NCBI GenBank assembly: GCA_964244805.1 | Contig: CAXTKN010000002.1 | Location: 1 to 38,559, forward strand | Direction: 5' to 3' | DNA length: 38,559 nucleotides | Source of the DNA: an uncultured Aestuariivirga sp. | Lineage (GTDB): Bacteria; Pseudomonadota; Alphaproteobacteria; Rhizobiales; Aestuariivirgaceae | Part shown: positions 34,730 through 38,559 of the stretch, piece after piece | Position numbering within the stretch: the first letter of the stretch is position 1 | How the letters are laid out: each line of letters opens with the position of its first letter | The notes under the pieces: generated by a model | What the model saw: only the letters and a program-made list of their open reading frames with translations | What the model was told of the DNA's origin: nothing | Databases searched by the model: none | Made by a program: the position numbers and the translations under genes

Positions 34730-37090
34730 ATGACGCTTTCAGCGCCGATTGTTAATAAATTGGATTTCGTAACGGATGGTGTGATTGTTTCATTCCCATT
34801 GACGAATTTAATTTTCAAACAACTTTCCGATTTAATCGTGACCTATACGCCAACTGGCGGGGTTTCAACTTTGCTGGTGGCGGGCACACATTATTCAATT
34901 GCGGGTAATAGTTTGGCTGGTGTTGCAAATCTCAGCACAGTGCTCCCTGTTTTGGTGGCTGGAAAACTAAGAGTGCGCCGCAAAACGCAGCCGCGCCAAG
35001 AGGTAGCGCTCAGCCAGTTGGCTAACCAATCTTTCCCCAAAGTCGAAACCGCTTTGGATGATTTGGCCCGGCAAATATCAGATATTAACCAAGGTCTGCC
35101 ATCAAATAATTCTGCCAGTTCGATCTCTGGTTTTGACAGTGATGGCAATCCTACTTCTTATTCATATTCTGAATTTGTTGGCGGCAATGTTGATGCCAAA
35201 GGAACATTAATTGGACGGGTCGCTTATGACACCAAAAGTGCAGGATTTACTTATTTAGATATTGATAGTCGACCATTGGTCTTCTACATGCGGGAAACCG
35301 CAATAGCTGCTACTTGGGCTGGCCCTTTTTTGTACAGTCAGTTATATGCTTCAAGTTCATTTGCAACACGCAATGCTTTGATTGCTGCGAATGTTGCAAG
35401 CCTGCCAGTTGGGACTATCATATTAGTTAGAGGCAATGTGACCGAAGGTATTGGCCCGGCCAACTATAAAAAACTTAATGCTGCCCCTGTTCCAGTCAAG
35501 TTATGGCATGTTCAATCTGCCGATGGTTCTTGGTTTGAAATGGCCTTTGAAAACAGCGGCCGAAAAATTGATCCAGCTGCATTTTATGATGGTGGAGGAG
35601 ATTGGCGTCCGGCTATGAATGCCGCCTATGAGTTTGTAAACTCCAAAGGCGGCGGTGATATAGATTGCCAAAGCTCGGCTGGCTGGCCACTCAAAGGGCC
35701 GTTCAAAATGCGAGCCAATGTGCGCCTGACGGGGCGCGCCATATTCACCAAACATGCAGCTTATGTGGCTGATGTGACGTTTCCTAGTTATGGAGACCAC
35801 GCTGTTATTCAAACCTACAGCTGTTTTGCATACTTCAATAATGGTGTTTATGCTGATGATCCTACAAATTTTGGCTGGGAAAATATATTTATCGGTGAAG
35901 GTATTAATTTCTATGGCGGCTATGGGCTTGATAATGCCATTATTTGTGAGGGGCTGACGCGGTATAAATTTGAGTGTCGCGTAGATGCATTTTTAAGCAC
36001 GGGAATTTGGATGAAATATTTTTGCTGGGGTGGCTCTATCCCCGCAAAAGTCACATCGTGTCGTCAAGCCTTTTTAAAGCTTGGAGAAGGTTCAAACGGG
36101 ATCAGCCTTAAGGGTTTTGTTGGTTATGGTGGAGCAGACACGCCACCTGCTGGCATAGTATTAGTTGGTGATAATAATGGCATTGATTTAAGTGGCGCTT
36201 TCATCGAGAAATGTATCACTAAGCTTGTTGCCTATGCTACTGGGCCTATGAGTATTTCCGGCGTGGATTTTGAAGACGGTGAAACTGCGCCAGATTTAGT
36301 AAATACAAAGTGCATTGTTATTGATGGGACAGGTATATCGGGACGTGCCGCTGGGCCAGTCACCATCAGTGGTTCATTCCTCGAGGGAACGGCGGTTGCG
36401 GTTGAAGCGATTAATGCCATAGCGATTGTTACTGGATGCCGTATTCGTGGCTCAAATTCCACTTCAAATTTAGCTGTAGCATTTAAGACGACTGGTGGTC
36501 AGGCCTTTATCCATTCTATTGGCAATACATTTGAGGCTACAGTTCTATCGAAATTCAGTGGTAATGTTTTACTCGAAGATCATGAAGTTTTTGAATACCG
36601 TGTGAGAAATTATGTTCCTAATGGGGGCATACCATTTAAGTATTCATATCGTTTAGAGAATTTTGCATATACGTACGCACCATCGTTGCCGACTTCTGAA
36701 ATTAGTTTTGGAACGAGCATTGCTGATCCTTTTACGCAGCGTGTGCTTGGAAAGTCTGAGTGGTCTGTCAATGAAATGCGGGCCAATGTTTTTTATGGTA
36801 AGCTAGGCTTGGTGCTGAATGATCTAACGGGCTTGCGTTTAATCGAGCCCGCCGAAAATGACACTCATAGTTTGGGGACATTGGCTCAGCGCTTCAAAAC
36901 GATCACAACCAAACAAGTAAATTTTGGTGTCGGCGTTACGTTGGCCAGCCTCGGAACCGCAGCCGCAGCGGGTGAAGGTATCTTGGCTTATGTGAATGAT
37001 TTAACCGCGCCAACCTATCGTGCCGTTGCAGCAGGTGGTGGTGCGGTCAAAGGCCTTGTTTTTTCTGATGGCGCAAATTGGAGAACATGA
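34730..37090 (+). CDS. Tail fibre/tailspike with T7-like N-terminal anchor and putative beta-helix body
   Basis: DGVIVSFP...RRKT..ETALDDL anchor; G/N/I-rich repeats; AT-richer central region. Confidence 0.8.
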   Translation: MTLSAPIVNKLDFVTDGVIVSFPLTNLIFKQLSDLIVTYTPTGGVSTLLVAGTHYSIAGNSLAGVANLSTVLPVLVAGKLRVRRKTQPRQEVALSQLANQSFPKVETALDDLARQISDINQGLPSNNSASSISGFDSDGNPTSYSYSEFVGGNVDAKGTLIGRVAYDTKSAGFTYLDIDSRPLVFYMRETAIAATWAGPFLYSQLYASSSFATRNALIAANVASLPVGTIILVRGNVTEGIGPANYKKLNAAPVPVKLWHVQSADGSWFEMAFENSGRKIDPAAFYDGGGDWRPAMNAAYEFVNSKGGGDIDCQSSAGWPLKGPFKMRANVRLTGRAIFTKHAAYVADVTFPSYGDHAVIQTYSCFAYFNNGVYADDPTNFGWENIFIGEGINFYGGYGLDNAIICEGLTRYKFECRVDAFLSTGIWMKYFCWGGSIPAKVTSCRQAFLKLGEGSNGISLKGFVGYGGADTPPAGIVLVGDNNGIDLSGAFIEKCITKLVAYATGPMSISGVDFEDGETAPDLVNTKCIVIDGTGISGRAAGPVTISGSFLEGTAVAVEAINAIAIVTGCRIRGSNSTSNLAVAFKTTGGQAFIHSIGNTFEATVLSKFSGNVLLEDHEVFEYRVRNYVPNGGIPFKYSYRLENFAYTYAPSLPTSEISFGTSIADPFTQRVLGKSEWSVNEMRANVFYGKLGLVLNDLTGLRLIEPAENDTHSLGTLAQRFKTITTKQVNFGVGVTLASLGTAAAAGEGILAYVNDLTAPTYRAVAAGGGAVKGLVFSDGANWRT

Positions 37091-37566
37091 TGCAAACTTG
37101 GCCCCTTCAATCTGGATGTGATGTTTTCTACGGCAACCCACGTGGCAAGAATGCGCATGCTAATCCCGTTTGGGAAAAGAACAATCTTGTTTGGGTGCCA
37201 TTGCCTGTTGGTTTTGGGATGACCTTTGATGGGCGGCCTGTAACCCGCGTGAGGGTTCATAAAAAAATCGCAGTGCCAGTAAAATCAAGTTTCACCTCAC
37301 TGTGGCTGACCTCTGGACAAAATCCAAACGTGTTGAAGGCATGGGGGATCAGCAATTATTCAGGCGGTTATGAATATCGCTTGATGAGAGAAAGTAATCA
37401 CCTGTCCATGCATGCTTATGGCATTGCGCTTGATTTTGATGGGGCTAATCGGCCTCTTCATTCTAAAAAGTTTTTCGCTCCAAAGGTTGTGAAGTGCTTC
37501 ACAGATCAAGGCGCTGTTAATTTGTCGAATGATCCGATGCATTTTCAGTGGGCAAGAGTTGGTTAA
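37087..37566 (+). CDS. Endolysin, peptidase M15 family
   Basis: YSGGYEYR...SMHAYGIALD...DPMHFQ Zn-binding motifs. Confidence 0.88.
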   Translation: MMQTWPLQSGCDVFYGNPRGKNAHANPVWEKNNLVWVPLPVGFGMTFDGRPVTRVRVHKKIAVPVKSSFTSLWLTSGQNPNVLKAWGISNYSGGYEYRLMRESNHLSMHAYGIALDFDGANRPLHSKKFFAPKVVKCFTDQGAVNLSNDPMHFQWARVG

Positions 37567-37603
37567 CCCGCGCTGCACGGCTTGCAGTTTCATATAAGGA
37601 AAA

Positions 37604-37837
37604 GTGAATATGGATATTAAGGGAATTCTACAATCCAAAACACTGTGGGGTGTCGTTGCTATGGCAATCCCTGCTGTGAGCAAAGCTTTAGGCCATGAAA
37701 TTGCCCCCACTGACACGGCAGGCCTTGTCAATGCTTCGCAAGCCTTAATTAATGATGCTTTGGTCTGGGGTGGTTTGATGTTGGCAACATGGGGCCGCTT
37801 CACAGCTAAAGGCCCACTGACTGTTCCTAAAGTCTGA
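37604..37837 (+). CDS. Holin-like membrane protein
   Basis: SKTLWG motif, two hydrophobic segments, WGRF; follows the endolysin. Confidence 0.6.
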   Translation: MNMDIKGILQSKTLWGVVAMAIPAVSKALGHEIAPTDTAGLVNASQALINDALVWGGLMLATWGRFTAKGPLTVPKV

Positions 37838-38037
37838 TGCGCATTCTCGCCATCATATCGCTTCTCATGCTTTCAGGATGTGCCCACATTCCTGTGGGCA
37901 TGAGCGGCTTTGTGGTGTGCGTGGGGTGCAAGGTTGAAATGAAGGTCGCTGTGCCTGCTGCGCAATCGGTTGCAGAAAAAGCCGGTGCAGTGGCTGGTGG
38001 ATTATTGGCTGAATATCTTTCGGGGGCAAAAAAATGA
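37837..38037 (+). CDS. Small lipoprotein (spanin-like?)
   Basis: Signal peptide with lipobox LSG-C. Confidence 0.55.
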   Translation: MRILAIISLLMLSGCAHIPVGMSGFVVCVGCKVEMKVAVPAAQSVAEKAGAVAGGLLAEYLSGAKK

Positions 38038-38381
38038 CATCGAACAATGTGATGAAATCTTTGACGGACAGTGTGGTTCTCACGGTCGCTTCGCGCTTGA
38101 TGATGGCTGTGGGCTTGCCCATTGTCTCAGTGTTATATTTCTTCACGATATCGCAACCCATAGCCGCCCTGGCTTCGCGGATCGAGAAAGTTGAGATCAG
38201 CGATTTGCTCCAGCATGACCAATTGCTGAAGCAAGAGCTTGTGGTCAATGAAACCAATAAAACTCTTGGTGGCCTCAATGATGCGATCAAGGATTTCAGC
38301 GAGCAATTGCGTGATTTAAACTCTTATCTTGCCATTCAAAAAGACCGCGATGCACGTGAGCTGAAGGGTATGCCTCGGTAA
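38034..38381 (+). CDS. Membrane-anchored coiled-coil protein of the lysis cassette
   Basis: N-terminal TM segment followed by a heptad-rich helix. Confidence 0.55.
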   Translation: MTSNNVMKSLTDSVVLTVASRLMMAVGLPIVSVLYFFTISQPIAALASRIEKVEISDLLQHDQLLKQELVVNETNKTLGGLNDAIKDFSEQLRDLNSYLAIQKDRDARELKGMPR

Positions 38382-38404
38382 ACTGCTTTGCTGCTTTGCA
38401 TATC

Positions 38405-38501
38405 CGTTAGACGTGATGACATTCATCGTCATTTATTGGCCTGAGTTAAAAGGCAATTTTTTCGTTAACATATTGAAAACATTGATGCGCATTATTGCGC
38501 A
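38405..38501. promoter_or_regulatory. att arm: CGTTAGACG arm site, IHF-like site (38466-38478) and TGCGCA-TTAT-TGCGCA palindrome (38486-38501)
   Basis: Motifs shared with the attL arm. Confidence 0.6.
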
Positions 38502-38504
38502 TGG

Positions 38505-38559
38505 CTGATTTGTAATCAGGGGGTCGCGAGTTCGAATCTTGCAACCGGCACCATTTTTC
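38505..38559 (+). repeat. attR core direct repeat (tRNA-Thr 3' fragment without a 5' half)
   Basis: Identical to 1-55; upstream sequence is not tRNA-like. Confidence 0.97.

Larger units (their letters stand above)
1..38559. mobile_element. Complete temperate podovirus-like prophage integrated in tRNA-Thr(UGU)
   Basis: Exact 55-bp terminal direct repeats. Recombinase, immunity, replication, packaging, head, tail and lysis modules lie between them. Confidence 0.95.

Noticed and set aside
17026-34818. Numerous antisense ORFs within structural genes
   Set aside because: They are shadow ORFs of long, well-supported + strand genes, with no RBS or motifs.
34730-37090. Diversity-generating retroelement, expected from the BPP-1-like virion genes
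   Set aside because: No reverse transcriptase gene and no TR/VR repeat pair were seen.
38505-38553. Second functional tRNA-Thr at the right end
   Set aside because: No acceptor 5' strand or D-arm upstream; it is only the att duplication.

Overview
The window is a complete ~38.5-kb temperate podovirus-type prophage with T7/BPP-1-like virion genes and no RNA polymerase. It is bounded by an exact 55-bp direct repeat (1-55, 38505-38559) matching the 3' part of a tRNA-Thr(UGU) gene. The host is probably an alphaproteobacterium, inferred from the GapR/DUF2312 gene. From left to right it carries: a leftward early operon (small accessory genes, an HNH-like gene broken by an IS1595 carrying a DUF3800 passenger, a tyrosine recombinase 4.4 kb from att, a Xis-like HTH); a CI/Cro switch whose CI lacks the S24 catalytic Lys; primase, helicase and GapR; a leftward C4-antisense-RNA/antirepressor (immI-like) cassette; an iteron origin; terS and terL; portal, scaffold, capsid, tail-tube and ejection proteins; a tailspike; and lysis genes. 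The most unusual signals are non-coding. (i) A second att-like site sits between terS and terL, with the same core inverted repeat, IHF-like site and GTTAGAC arm repeats as attL but a different 7-bp overlap. (ii) An identical 13-bp promoter element, CTTGACAAATCAC, precedes four rightward gene blocks. (iii) A TGCGCA-N4-TGCGCA palindrome family is shared by promoters and both att arms. (iv) A highly structured leader lies upstream of the major capsid gene. All calls were made by eye from motifs and context, with no database searches.
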